Positions 19,492 through 31,455 of a DNA stretch of 64,000 bases are shown in pieces. Source of the DNA: Microcoleus sp. (GTDB lineage Bacteria; Cyanobacteriota; Cyanobacteriia; Cyanobacteriales; Microcoleaceae); assembly GCA_052279835.1 (NCBI GenBank), contig CP181291.1, positions 4,960,001 to 5,024,000 of the forward strand, given 5' to 3'. A program made the translations under genes and the position numbers. Below the pieces are notes generated by a model. That model searched no databases. It was not told the origin of the DNA and saw nothing but the letters and a program-made list of their open reading frames with translations. The first letter of the stretch is position 1; each line of letters starts with the position of its first letter.

Positions 19492-20310
19492 TCACGGGCG
19501 ATACAGCCACAGTGGCAAACCACTAGCAGACAGCTCGAATTCCAGCCAACTTTTGTAAGCTGAAAGCCCCGATGTATCCAGACTACTCCCCAAGACGCGA
19601 TTTAGGAAAGGTTTTGGTTTTTCCAGAGTGCACAACTCAGTTTTTTCCGGGTCAAGTCCCGCCAGTTCGGCTGTATGGCGACGGGCATCCTCTTGAGTAC
19701 CCAATCTATCCACCAAACCCAACTCTAAGGCTTGCTGGCCCGTGAAAACACGACCATCGGCAAAACTTTTAACTTGTTCAATAGGCAGTTTCCGGGCGAA
19801 GGCCACTGTTTCTATGAATTGCTGATAGCTGGTGTCGATCAAATCTTGCAAAATTTGCTGTTCTGGTGGAGTTAATTCGCGATCGAATGACAAAATATCT
19901 TTATATGGCCCAGATTTGATGACCTTAAAAGAAACACCGACCTTTTCCAATAGCCCTTCTAGATTATTACCCCGGATAATTACACCAATGCTACCGGTAA
20001 TCGTACCTGGATTAGCCACGATATATTCGGCACCCATACCGATGTAAACTCCCCCAGAAGCCGAAATATTGCCAAAACTGGCAACTATTTTGACTTTTTC
20101 GCCCAAACGCTTCAGGGCGCTGTAAATTTCCTGGGAATCCCCCACAGTGCCACCAGGAGAGTCTATCCGCAGCAGCAAAGCAGGAAATTTGCGTTCTTCA
20201 ACAGTTTTAAGGGCTTCTAGAACTCGTTTGCGGGTTTCTCCAGCAATGGCGCCAGTGATTTCGATGTGAGCGATTTGTTTACGGTAGCGAGGCTTGAATG
20301 GCCAAATCAT
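19492..20310 (-). CDS. sppA: Signal peptide peptidase SppA, short type
   Basis: RIDSPGG, SASGGVY, TITGSIGV, ADGRVFTG. Confidence 0.93.
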   Translation of the reverse strand: MIWPFKPRYRKQIAHIEITGAIAGETRKRVLEALKTVEERKFPALLLRIDSPGGTVGDSQEIYSALKRLGEKVKIVASFGNISASGGVYIGMGAEYIVANPGTITGSIGVIIRGNNLEGLLEKVGVSFKVIKSGPYKDILSFDRELTPPEQQILQDLIDTSYQQFIETVAFARKLPIEQVKSFADGRVFTGQQALELGLVDRLGTQEDARRHTAELAGLDPEKTELCTLEKPKPFLNRVLGSSLDTSGLSAYKSWLEFELSASGLPLWLYRP

Positions 20311-20526
20311 GGGCAGTTTTCGCGCAATGTGAAATTGTGTAGCTAACTTATAGTGTGCCTTATCCGAAGGAAGAACGAAGCAGGAACAACGAAGAAGTTA
20401 CCCCCCTACCCCCACAGAGTCCGATCGCACTTCATCCAACATCAATATATAATTGTAAAAATTGCTTAACAAAACTACATCATCCCCACGAGAGTCACTC
20501 TCATCAATTATCAGGAGCCCTCCGCC

Positions 20527-21600
20527 ATGCAGCTAAAAATTACCGATTCCAAACTGCCTTTCGCGCCGCTGTTACTAATTGCGCCGTTTTTCCTGTGGGG
20601 AACCGCCATGGTAGCCATGAAAGGAGTCATGCCCCACACGACTCCCCTGTTTGTGGCTGTCGTGCGTTTGATGCCGGCTGGCGTGTTGGTGCTCCTAGCC
20701 GCCGCCTTTATGGGAAAATCACAGCCCCAGGGTTGGAAAGCTTGGCTGTGGATTTCGTTGTTTGCCTTAGTTGACGGTACTTTGTTTCAAGGCTTTTTAG
20801 CAGAAGGTTTGGCCAGAACCGGTGCGGGTTTAGGTTCGGTGATGATTGACTCTCAGCCGCTAGCTGTGGCGATATTGTGTTTGTGGCTGTTTCAAGAAAA
20901 AATCGGTTTTTGGGGCTGGTTGGGATTAGTTATTGGCGTGATTGGGATTAGTTTAATTGGGTTGCCGGATAGCTGGATTTTGGGACTGTTTCATCCTGAA
21001 AATGTCCAGGTTTCTGCTGATGTCGGACAGTTGTTTGAGGGTGGAGAATGGCTGATGCTGTTAGCGGCATTGTCGATGGCTGTGGGAACAGTTTTGGTGC
21101 GCTGGGTTTGCCGCTATGTTGACCCGGTGGTTGCGACTGGTTGGCACATGATTTTGGGTGGTTTGCCGCTATTGGCAATTTCGGCTGCAACAGAATCTGA
21201 GCAATTTGTCAATATCGATTTTTCCGGCTGGATGGCGTTAGGTTATTCTACTGTGTTCGGAAGTGCGATCGCCTACGGTTTGTTCTTTTATTTTGCTTCC
21301 AGCGGCAGTCTCACCAGTTTAAGTTCTCTTACCTTTCTTACCCCTGTTTTTGCCTTACTGTTCGGCAATTTGTTTTTAGGCGAAGTGCTAAATCCGCTGC
21401 AATCCATGGGAGTTGGGTTAACTTTAGTGAGCATTTATTTAATCAATCAGCGGGATACTTTGGCTGATAAATGGCGAAAAGTGCGCGACGGCGAACCAAA
21501 TGCTGAGGAAGAAGCTACAGGTTTATTAGAGTCCTCTGAATTGAATCCTGTAGAGTTGCCGGTGCAGTTGCGGGTTAGCGAATTGGAGTCGGAAGTTTAG
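20527..21600 (+). CDS. DMT/EamA family transporter
   Basis: About 10 TM helices; FLWGTAMVAMK and DSQPL motifs. Confidence 0.9.
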   Translation: MQLKITDSKLPFAPLLLIAPFFLWGTAMVAMKGVMPHTTPLFVAVVRLMPAGVLVLLAAAFMGKSQPQGWKAWLWISLFALVDGTLFQGFLAEGLARTGAGLGSVMIDSQPLAVAILCLWLFQEKIGFWGWLGLVIGVIGISLIGLPDSWILGLFHPENVQVSADVGQLFEGGEWLMLLAALSMAVGTVLVRWVCRYVDPVVATGWHMILGGLPLLAISAATESEQFVNIDFSGWMALGYSTVFGSAIAYGLFFYFASSGSLTSLSSLTFLTPVFALLFGNLFLGEVLNPLQSMGVGLTLVSIYLINQRDTLADKWRKVRDGEPNAEEEATGLLESSELNPVELPVQLRVSELESEV

Positions 21601-21677
21601 CAGGTAGAGAAATTTATGGAAAATTATTGATTAGTTCTTGAATCAATTGAGTTGGAGTTACAATACTAGGAGTAGTA

Positions 21678-21782
21678 ATATCGTTGACCGTTGCATTGGA
21701 ATAATTTAACCACAGAGAACACAGAGAACACAGAGAGATGAGAAAGAAATGAATAATTCCGATGAAGAGAGTAATTGATATA
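21678..21782. mobile_element. MITE-like element containing ACAGAGAAC repeats
   Basis: Right end reverse complement TATATCAATTACTCTCTTCATCGGAAT resembles its own left end and the element starting at 63844 (TATATCAATTCCGGTTGTGTCGGAAT). Confidence 0.5.
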
Positions 21783-21838
21783 ACAGGAAAATCTCGCGGG
21801 TGGCGGGTAACAATGGCATCAATTTGATTAACTATATA

Positions 21839-23504
21839 GGGCTTGCTGAATAATCGATCGCACTTGACGTGGCATGGATTAAGAACTGGTGCGATCGACA
21901 GTCAGGTGCAAAAAAAACAGGTAAAATAGATCAAAACTCGTGCATCACCATCTGCGATCGTGTATCGAAAAGCTGAGCTTGCTCACCCCTCACCCTCCGA
22001 CTTTGAACTCCCCTCATGTGGAAAGTTGTCAGCAGATAACCGTTGGGTAAAAATGGCCCAAATAATCCCGTGGTCTGAATTTGAATCAGAATATGCGGCC
22101 AACTTCCCCACAGAAAAGGGGGCTCCTGCTAAATGCTTTAGGATGGCATTGGGGGCATTAATTATTAAAGAAAAATTAGGAATTAGCGATCGTGAAACAG
22201 TAGAACAGATCCGTGAAAACCCCTATCTGCAATACTTCATCGGTCAATCAAGCTACAGCAACGAACTCGCATTTGACCCATCACTCTTAGTACACTTTCG
22301 GCAACGAATTAGTCCCAATCTAATTAATCAAGTGAACGAACGCATGGTCAAAAAAATGCGAGAACTCACGCCAGTCAAACCTGAAAAAAAAAAGGATCCG
22401 GACGCCAAAAATGAGTTATCCAATCGCGGCCAATTGATCGTAGATGCAACCTGCGCCCCAGCCGACATTAGTTATCCGACCGACTTAGGACTATTAAACA
22501 GAGCCAGAGTTCATACAGAAAAAATCCTAGACATTCTGTATAAACAAATTAAAGAAAACACCACTAAAAAACCAAGAACCTACCGTAATCTAGCGAGGAA
22601 AGACTACTTAGCAGTAGCCAAACAACGACGACCGACCAAAAACAAAAAAAGACAAGCAATTAAAAAACAACTTCAATACATAAAAAGAAACCTAGCTCAT
22701 ATTGAACAGCTAATCGATTCAGGTGCGAGCCTAGAAGCTCTGAATAAAAAGCAATATAAAACCTTGTTAGTCCTGACAGAGGTCTATCGCCAACAGCAAT
22801 GGTTATTTGACAATAATAAACAGAGTATTGAGGATAGAATAGTAAGTTTAAGCCAACCCCATATCCGTCCCATAGTCAGAGGAAAAGCAGGAAAAAGCGT
22901 AGAATTTGGAGCCAAAATATCAGCCAGTTGTTTTGAGGGATATGTATTTTTAGACCGGATGAGCTGGGATAACTTTAACGAATCAGGGGACTTAAAAACA
23001 CAAGTAGAAGCATATCATAAATTCACAGGGTATTATCCAGAGTCAGTTCATGCAGATCGCATTTACCGAAATCGGGAAAACCGAGCATGGTGTAAAGAAA
23101 AAGGCATTAGGCTGAGTGGGCCGCCATTAGGAAGACCGCCAGCAAATGTGAGTAAATCAAAAAAGAGGCAAGCGTTGGAAGATGAGAGGATTAGAAATGC
23201 CATTGAGGGCAAGTTTGGGCAAGGAAAACGAAGATTCGGTCTCAATCGAGTGATGGCAAAACTTGATAATACATCTGGTACAGTTATTGCAATTACTTTT
23301 TTGGTAATGAACCTTGCTACCTGGTGGCGCCGGGTTTTTTGTGTGTTTTTATGTCTATTTGGAAAAAGAACACCTGTTTTTGGCTTGAATATAATCTACA
23401 ATTATAACTGGGTGGAATCAATGCCGAAACAACTTATAGTTAACTCTGCTTGAATATATCGATCGCTCCTGCTCTTGGTTGGCGATCGATTATTCAGCAA
23501 ACCC
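21839..23504 (+). mobile_element. IS5-family insertion sequence
   Basis: TIR GGG(C/T)TTGCTGAATAATCGATCGC at both ends (1 mismatch); flanked by TATATA on both sides; boundary uncertain by about 2 nt. Confidence 0.9.
21960..23453 (+). CDS. IS5 family DDE transposase
   Basis: IVDATC, VHADRIY, RNAIEGKFGQGKRRFGL. Confidence 0.93.
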   Translation: MYRKAELAHPSPSDFELPSCGKLSADNRWVKMAQIIPWSEFESEYAANFPTEKGAPAKCFRMALGALIIKEKLGISDRETVEQIRENPYLQYFIGQSSYSNELAFDPSLLVHFRQRISPNLINQVNERMVKKMRELTPVKPEKKKDPDAKNELSNRGQLIVDATCAPADISYPTDLGLLNRARVHTEKILDILYKQIKENTTKKPRTYRNLARKDYLAVAKQRRPTKNKKRQAIKKQLQYIKRNLAHIEQLIDSGASLEALNKKQYKTLLVLTEVYRQQQWLFDNNKQSIEDRIVSLSQPHIRPIVRGKAGKSVEFGAKISASCFEGYVFLDRMSWDNFNESGDLKTQVEAYHKFTGYYPESVHADRIYRNRENRAWCKEKGIRLSGPPLGRPPANVSKSKKRQALEDERIRNAIEGKFGQGKRRFGLNRVMAKLDNTSGTVIAITFLVMNLATWWRRVFCVFLCLFGKRTPVFGLNIIYNYNWVESMPKQLIVNSA

Positions 23505-23530
23505 TATATAGGACATCACAACCTGCTGAA

Positions 23531-23753
23531 CTACCAGTCATCTTCAACAACAATCTTAATGTCTCTGCTTTTAATCTCTTCTATAAAAATTTTAAAACTA
23601 GGATTTTCTGCATAATTTTTCATCAAAACTTTATGCTTGCTATATTGTTGGGAAATTTCCCGATAATATTCAGGTTTTTTGGCATGAATTGTAAAACCAT
23701 GTTTCTTTCCAAGCTCCCTATTTAACGTAGGTAATTAATCCAAAATTAGTCAT
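23531..23753 (-). pseudogene. Internally deleted partner gene of the AAA_21 ATPase
   Basis: MTNFGLIT start 2 nt after the ATPase stop, then a frame jump to TLNRELGKKHGFTIHAKKPEYYREIS...NPSFKIFIEEIKSRDIKIVVEDDW*. Confidence 0.6.
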
Positions 23754-23754
23754 A

Positions 23755-24925
23755 TTAAAAATTCTTAGGAAGTCCGCCGATATAGCCCCTCAAAAAAGCC
23801 TCGGATAGTTTTACAGGTTCCTGTCTTTCCAGAGGTTCAGGTTTGAGAATACGTCTAGCTTTAGTATGACCTAATTGGTTGCGGGAAATCACAAACAGCC
23901 GCTGTTCATCATCATCTAAATCTAAACCATCCAAAACTGCCGGGTTGTGGGTTGTGAATATAACTTGTTTATCATGCTTTTTTGCTAATTCGACTAATTC
24001 TTGGATTAACCTGCGGCATAATCTGGGGTTTAGGGAAGCGTCAATGTTATCAATTGCAAAAAATTTAGGTGTGATATCGCTAATAAATAAAGCCAAGTAA
24101 AAAAGCAAAAATAAAAAGCCTTCATTAGAACTTCGTTGGTCGAAGTAAGCTAAATCTGGATCTAAGTATCTATCTTTAATTTGGAGAGAGTTCTGAATAT
24201 TGGATGAATTTGGAGAAGCTTCAAAATCTTGAAACCAATCTATCAATTTCAGTTTTTTCTTGATTTCATTAAGTGGCTCTTGGTTTTCATCTGAATTCAA
24301 TACTTTTAAAAGTTTAAATAAACCTTCTCCATTGATGCCTAATGGTTGTATTTGCCCCTCTTTTTCAAAAGTTCGTAATGCTTGGTTTTCAGGAGAATAA
24401 ATTATAAATTTATTTAAATAAATAAATTGATTAAATGATGCTGTATCCTCTTTAAATTTCAATAATTTTTGTTCTGAGAAATCCGTTTTTTCTTCTAAAA
24501 TAGATCTAATTTTGTCTTCCCCCCCCGTATTTTTGAATAACAATCTTAGCATAATTCCTTATAGAGGTTTCAATATCACCCAAAAAACTTCTACTAACCC
24601 ACTGAGAATAGGGAGAATTATCATTTTGTAAAATACAACTGAAAGGTTGTCCCTGATTCCCTATTAACTCAATTTTAATATCTTTATCCAAATTCTCAAT
24701 TTCAAAAGCCGATCGCATAAATTGAGGTTCTGTCACCCTAATCCCCCTAGATGCTAGAAACTCGTTATCCAGTTTATCATCTGCCGCCGCAGAAGCTAGG
24801 GCGATCGCCTCTAATATATTACTCTTGCCACAACCATTTTCACCTATCAATACAGTGACTCGCCCTAACTCCAGTTTCAGTTTATGAATAGATTTGTAAT
24901 TTTCTATTTTCACTTCTTGCAGCAT
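23755..24925 (-). pseudogene. AAA_15/AAA_21 ABC-type ATPase, frameshifted at a G8 run (24519-24526)
   Basis: Walker A GENGCGKSN in 5' ORF; S..EGF signature, Walker B FAIDNID and TTHN in 3' ORF; G7 would restore KYGGEDKIRS. Confidence 0.82.
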
Positions 24926-24955
24926 AGTTTTCTGCATTACTCCTAGGATTAATGA

Positions 24956-25444
24956 CTAATATTGATCGGACTTCGGCTTCTTCACCTGGGAACTCAAAAA
25001 ATAGGTGAGGGAAGCGATTATTAAAGCGATACTAGCTCCTAACGGCAGAATATTTGCGATCCCATTCCACTTCACCACCTCAGACAGAAACAATACACTC
25101 AATACCACTACAATCACGCTGGTGAGTTTGCTTTTCAGGTCGTCGATGGTGTGAATTTCCAGCCAGTCTGGTACTTTGATGCGCTCGTCAATAAACAGCT
25201 CGTAAAGTCCAAGTGCTGTAATGTAAAATACTGTAGCGAGGAGAAATAAATCTACAACTTCGATGAAAGACAGAACCAGTTTTTTCGAGTTCTCGCTCGA
25301 TACCGATCCTGAATTTAAAGCATAAACTATCGTGCTAACAGTTTCAGCCGCACCGTAGATCAAGAGAGTGACAGAGGCTGCGAAGGAACCTAGCACAGCG
25401 ATTAACATTAGATAGCGACTTTTGGCAAGAATTCGATGAAGCAT
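24956..25444 (-). CDS. YqhA (UPF0114) family membrane protein
   Basis: EVVDLFLLA, GLYELFI, WLEIHTIDDLKSKL. Confidence 0.88.
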   Translation of the reverse strand: MLHRILAKSRYLMLIAVLGSFAASVTLLIYGAAETVSTIVYALNSGSVSSENSKKLVLSFIEVVDLFLLATVFYITALGLYELFIDERIKVPDWLEIHTIDDLKSKLTSVIVVVLSVLFLSEVVKWNGIANILPLGASIALIIASLTYFLSSQVKKPKSDQY

Positions 25445-25642
25445 ACTTGATATCCAGCCTGGAAATGTTTTGAGCAAAAAGCGCTCTCAGGCATACCTGT
25501 TTCTTTACTATATCAGAGTTCAGCCGATCGCGCCAACCTTTGCTTTCCACCAGCTAGCATTTTAACAGAAGTAATTATTTTGCTAAAAGATTGATTGCCG
25601 ATCGCACTTGGCACATCGCCCCTTGATACAAATAACTACAAA

Positions 25643-26011
25643 TCAGTCCTGAGTGTCCACAAAAACTGTCACCGCAGCCACCGCAATCAACATTTCATCA
25701 TTTTTATCATTCAGAGAGGCGATCGCCCTTCCAGCCACCACCATCCCACCTTGCTCAACTATCAGAGATTTTTCCCCAAAAGGCAATACTGCCAAAACCT
25801 CATCCCTTCGCACTTGTTCCGGGTAAGGAACCGCCACCTTTACCTCCACAATCATTTGATTTGGATCGGTCAAACCCGCCACTTCCCAGACACCTAGTAA
25901 AGCATTATTGGCGATCGCATTTCGTACAGCCCTAGCCGCCGCTACCGTCGGTTCTTGCCCGTGCTGGTCGATACCCATGCCCATTTCAATAATAAAACAT
26001 TTCCGCGCCAT
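25643..26011 (-). CDS. Lin0512 family protein
   Basis: IIEMGMGIDQHGQEPTVAAARAVRNAI; VLPFG. Confidence 0.88.
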   Translation of the reverse strand: MARKCFIIEMGMGIDQHGQEPTVAAARAVRNAIANNALLGVWEVAGLTDPNQMIVEVKVAVPYPEQVRRDEVLAVLPFGEKSLIVEQGGMVVAGRAIASLNDKNDEMLIAVAAVTVFVDTQD

Positions 26012-26184
26012 AGCTACCTCTTTATTTGTAATTTAACCAAATCTTTCCCAAAACAATTATCAACCAAAAGGAGATAACTTTTTAAAGTTTTACAATTCTC
26101 TTAAACAACAAAATAATAACTTATGGTAATATAACCAAATTCACCTTTCCTCGCGGACTGAAAAACTCATCGCTAGCTTGAATC

Positions 26185-27099
26185 ATGGATAGTTTTCTCC
26201 CCATTGCCTACTTTCAAAATCAATTCCTGCCATTTACCGACGCCAAAATCTCCATAGCCACCCACGCACTGCACTACGGAACCGGAGTCTTGGGCGGTTT
26301 GCGCGGAATTCCCGATCCCGAAAATGGCGATCGCATCTTACTATTTAGACTAGACCGCCACTGTCAAAGATTAAGCCAAAGTGCCAGCTTTCTGCAATGC
26401 GATTTGCCCGCCGACAAAATTCAATCAATAATCGTTGATTTTGTCAAAAAAAATCAGCCCACCAAATCTTTTTATATCCGTCCATTTGTCTACACCTCAA
26501 GTTTGGGAATTGCCCCCAGACTCCACAACGTAGACACAGACTTTTTTGTCTACGGATTAGAACTTTCCGACTATTTGCCAAAGGAAGGAGTCAACTGTAG
26601 AATTAGCTCATGGTATCGCCAAGAAGACCGCAGTTTACCCTTGAGAGGAAAAATTAGCGGTGCTTACATCACCTCAGCCTTAGCCAAAACAGAAGCAGTA
26701 CAATCTGGCTTTGACGAAGCTATCATGATGAACAGTCAAGGAAAAGTCAGCGAAGCTTCAGGAATGAATATATTTGTCGCCCGAAACGGTAAATTAGTGA
26801 CACCAGGTTTCGAGCAAGATATTCTCGAAGGAATCACCAGAGACAGCGTAATCACTATCGCCAGAGACTTAGGAATCGAAGTCATAGAAAGACCAGTTGA
26901 CAAATCAGAATTATTGATTGCTGATGAAATATTCCTATGCGGCACCGCAGCTAAAGTTACCCCAATTAAGCGCATCGAAAACTATCATTTACCAAAAGAG
27001 CGACCAATCACTGAAAAGATATTGGAAAAATTGAGTGGAATCATCGAAAATCGCGATCGCAAGTACAAAGACTGGGTATTTCCCATTAGCCTAAATTAA
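26185..27099 (+). CDS. ilvE: Branched-chain amino acid aminotransferase
   Basis: THALHYGTG, GKISGAY, EASGMNIF, ILEGITR, CGTAA. Confidence 0.95.
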   Translation: MDSFLPIAYFQNQFLPFTDAKISIATHALHYGTGVLGGLRGIPDPENGDRILLFRLDRHCQRLSQSASFLQCDLPADKIQSIIVDFVKKNQPTKSFYIRPFVYTSSLGIAPRLHNVDTDFFVYGLELSDYLPKEGVNCRISSWYRQEDRSLPLRGKISGAYITSALAKTEAVQSGFDEAIMMNSQGKVSEASGMNIFVARNGKLVTPGFEQDILEGITRDSVITIARDLGIEVIERPVDKSELLIADEIFLCGTAAKVTPIKRIENYHLPKERPITEKILEKLSGIIENRDRKYKDWVFPISLN

Positions 27100-27122
27100 T
27101 CCATAATCCACGTATTCCCTCG

Positions 27123-27367
27123 TTTCACTCGTTACCAGGCTCTGGCCTGGTAACGCAGACCCGGAGGCTCTGCCTCCAAATTGCCTTCACTCGTTACCAG
27201 GCTCTGGCCTGGTAACGTAGATCCGGAGGCTCTGCCTCCAAATTTGATGGCAGCCATTCGAGGCAGAGCAAGAGTGACATCGGTTCCCAGGCAGAGCCTA
27301 GGAACCAGTTAATTCGAGGCAGAGCAAGAGTGACATCGGTTCCCAGGCAGAGCCTAGGAACCAGTTA
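27123..27367. repeat. Composite repeat: two direct units of about 61 bp, then two inverted-family units of about 55 bp
   Basis: CACTCGTTACCAGGCTCTGGCCTGGTAACG..GGAGGCTCTGCCTCC x2, then ATTCGAGGCAGAGC..GGTTCCCAGGCAGAGCCTAGGAACCAG x2. Confidence 0.85.
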
Positions 27368-27392
27368 TCATGCGGCTGCTTCCTGGTACAAA

Positions 27393-28247
27393 CTACCCGC
27401 ACAAAACAGCAGCATGATGCTGAATATGATCCTCGATAAAACTCGCGACAAAATAATAGCTGTGATCGTAACCTTCCTGCATTCTTAAATTTAACACCTG
27501 TCCCGCTTTTGCACAAGCTTCGGCAAAAACTTCCGGCAACAATTGCCCGTCAGTCAAATAGGAGTCTGCCGTCCCACAATCAATTAAAATTGAACCGTTA
27601 TATGGTGCTTTCAGCACTAATTCACTCGCGTCCCAAGCCCGCCAATCCTCCCGATTTTCACCGAGGTAGTGGCTGAATATTTTTTGTCCCAAAGGGGTGT
27701 GCATGGGCGCGCAAATAGGCGCAAAAGCGGAAACTGAAAGATAGCGATCGCTATTTTTTAACGCACAAATTAAAGCCCCATGTCCCCCCATAGAATGACC
27801 GAATATTCCCTGTTTTTCCGGCATGACTGGAAAGTTTTCAGCGATTAATTTAGGTAATTCATCGACAACATAACTGTACATCCGATAGTGAGCATTCCAA
27901 GGTGCGGCTGTCGCATCAATATAAAAACCCGCCCCACTTCCCAAATCCGAATTGTCGTCTTCGCCGGGAATTCCTGTATGGCGCGGGCTAGTATCGGGTA
28001 CGACTAGCATTAATCCATATTTTGCTGCAAATTGTTGGGCTCCAGATTTGATCGTGAAGTTTTCTTCTGTGCAGGTTAATCCTGAGAGAAAATATAAAAT
28101 TGGTACGGGTTGATGTTCGGCTTGTGGTGGTTGGTAAACGGCGAATTTCATTTCGCTATTGCAGGCTGAGGATTGATGGCTATAATAGCCGAGTTTTCCG
28201 CCGCAGCTTTTATATTGTTGGTGGAGTTTTAGGGATGGGGATATCAT
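27393..28247 (-). CDS. fghA: S-formylglutathione hydrolase
   Basis: LSGLTCT, GHSMGG, GYDHSYYF. Confidence 0.96.
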   Translation of the reverse strand: MISPSLKLHQQYKSCGGKLGYYSHQSSACNSEMKFAVYQPPQAEHQPVPILYFLSGLTCTEENFTIKSGAQQFAAKYGLMLVVPDTSPRHTGIPGEDDNSDLGSGAGFYIDATAAPWNAHYRMYSYVVDELPKLIAENFPVMPEKQGIFGHSMGGHGALICALKNSDRYLSVSAFAPICAPMHTPLGQKIFSHYLGENREDWRAWDASELVLKAPYNGSILIDCGTADSYLTDGQLLPEVFAEACAKAGQVLNLRMQEGYDHSYYFVASFIEDHIQHHAAVLCG

Positions 28248-28379
28248 GTGAATTCTCTTTTTTTTGGGGATGGATTTTTTTACCGCAGAGGGCGCAGAGG
28301 GCGCAGAGGAAGAGATAATTGAGAAGTTTGATTTGCTTGTAAGGACTCTGCCAAGATTGCTGGCCCTCTTTGACTTCTT

Positions 28380-29492
<1,113 letters not shown>

Positions 29493-29569
29493 CTATTTTT
29501 GCCGATAAAATTGTCAATTACCTATGTACAATGTATTCTATTACTTTATTTAACAATTCACACAAATTT

Positions 29570-30259
29570 ATGAAAAAAATCATTTTAATTACAGGAGTAA
29601 GTCGCGGTCTTGGTTTGGCGATGACTGAAAAGTTTATTGAGCTAGGACATACTGTTTTAGGCTGCGCCCGTTCTCCTGAAGCAGTGGAAAAACTCAAACA
29701 AAAATATAGCACCCCTCACAATTTTAAGTGTTTGGATGTGGCAGTGGATGCTCAAGTAAAAAACTGGGCAACAGAAATACTTACACATTACTCTCCTCCC
29801 GACTTGCTGATTAACAATGCAGGTGTCATCAATCATCTCGCGCCGCTGTGGGAGGTCAGCAGTGAAGAGTTTTCCCACGTAATTGATGTTAATATTAAAG
29901 GTGTGGCGAATGTGATTCGCCACTTTGTTCCAGCAATGATTGCCCAAAAAAGCGGGATTGTGGTTAATTTCACTTCTGGTTGGGGTAGGTCTACTTCACC
30001 GGAAGTGGCTCCCTATTGTGCTTCTAAATGGGCTATAGAAGGACTTACCAAAGCCTTAGCTCAAGAATTGCCACGGGGGATGGCGGCGATTCCTTTAAAT
30101 CCGGGGATAATTCACACGGATATGCTGGAAATTAGTTTCGGAGAAGATGCTGCGAATTACACGCCTGTCAAAGATTGGGTGCAAAAAGCTGTGCCTTTTT
30201 TATTGAAGTTTAAACCGACGGATAATGGCGTGTCAATGACTGTTCCTGGAGCGCAATAA
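29570..30259 (+). CDS. SDR family oxidoreductase
   Basis: TGVSRGLG, NNAG, YCASK. Confidence 0.92.
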   Translation: MKKIILITGVSRGLGLAMTEKFIELGHTVLGCARSPEAVEKLKQKYSTPHNFKCLDVAVDAQVKNWATEILTHYSPPDLLINNAGVINHLAPLWEVSSEEFSHVIDVNIKGVANVIRHFVPAMIAQKSGIVVNFTSGWGRSTSPEVAPYCASKWAIEGLTKALAQELPRGMAAIPLNPGIIHTDMLEISFGEDAANYTPVKDWVQKAVPFLLKFKPTDNGVSMTVPGAQ

Positions 30260-30303
30260 AAGAGTAGAATTAAGATGATAGTTTAACCCCCAAAATTCCC
30301 CCT

Positions 30304-31365
30304 GTGAACTCCCCTGTGAACCTGTCCCTAACCCCGCCCTCGCCCATCGAAACCCGTAAAGCAGACCACCTCCGGCTCTGCATCGAAGAAGATGTACAAT
30401 TCCGCGAAACTACTAGCGGATTTGAATGCTACCGTTTTACTCACTGCTGTTTGCCAGAACTCGATCGCACTGAAATCGATTTAACTTCCACATTTCTGGG
30501 AAAAAAATTAGCTGCACCTCTGCTAATTTCTTCCATGACTGGTGGCACTGAATTAGCCCAGACTATCAATTATCGCCTCGCCGATGTCGCTCAAAAATAC
30601 AAAATTGCGATGGGTGTCGGTTCCCAGCGCATCGCCATCGAAAATCCTCAACTCGCTGATACCTTTGCAGTCCGCCGCCGCGCTCCTGATATTCTGTTAT
30701 TTGCTAATATCGGTGCAGTTCAGTTAAACTATAATTACGGTTTGGCACAGTGCCAAAAAATTGTCGATCTTCTGGAAGCTGATGCTCTAATTTTGCACCT
30801 CAATCCTCTGCAAGAGTGTGTTCAAACTGAAGGTGATACTAACTTTAAAGGACTGCTGGATAAGATTGCCAAATTGTGCGAAAAATTGCCAGTACCAGTA
30901 ATTGCGAAAGAGGTTGGTAATGGCATTTCAGGAAAGATGGCAAAAAAATTGCTCGCAGCAGGGGTGAGTGCGATCGACATTGCTGGAGCTGGAGGCACTT
31001 CTTGGGCGAAAATAGAAGGAGAGCGTGCCCGTGATGGTAAGCAACGCCGATTGGGCACAACCTTTGCTGACTGGGGAATACCGACAGCCGAGTGCATTGT
31101 CAGTACCCGCGCCGCAGCGCCTGATGTTCCTTTGATTGCTTCTGGAGGCTTGCAGCATGGTTTGGATGCAGCCAAGGCCATCGCCCTAGGTGCGGATATG
31201 GCGGGGCTGGCGAGAGCGTTTTTGCAAGCAGCAGCGGAATCGGAATCAGCCTTAGAGCTTTTGGTTGAGGTTTTAATTGCAGAGATTGCCACAGTGATGT
31301 TCTGTACCGGCTGCGCTAACCTTGATGAGTTAAAACATTCTGGAGTTTTGGAAAGGTTAAGATAG
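30304..31365 (+). CDS. fni: Type 2 isopentenyl-diphosphate delta-isomerase
   Basis: RKADH, SSMTGG, GVGSQR, HLNPLQE, KEVGNG, GAGGTSW. Confidence 0.96.
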   Translation: MNSPVNLSLTPPSPIETRKADHLRLCIEEDVQFRETTSGFECYRFTHCCLPELDRTEIDLTSTFLGKKLAAPLLISSMTGGTELAQTINYRLADVAQKYKIAMGVGSQRIAIENPQLADTFAVRRRAPDILLFANIGAVQLNYNYGLAQCQKIVDLLEADALILHLNPLQECVQTEGDTNFKGLLDKIAKLCEKLPVPVIAKEVGNGISGKMAKKLLAAGVSAIDIAGAGGTSWAKIEGERARDGKQRRLGTTFADWGIPTAECIVSTRAAAPDVPLIASGGLQHGLDAAKAIALGADMAGLARAFLQAAAESESALELLVEVLIAEIATVMFCTGCANLDELKHSGVLERLR

Positions 31366-31455
31366 AAGGATGTTATTGGTTATTTGTTAGTTGTTAGTTG
31401 CTACCAATACCATAACTAATAACCAAGGTCTAATGCTCAATTACCAATTAGTTAA

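Noticed and set aside
27123..27367. Possible CRISPR or ncRNA array; ORF 27298-27516
   Set aside because: Copies of a dispersed palindromic repeat family also seen at 896 and 11252; no spacers.
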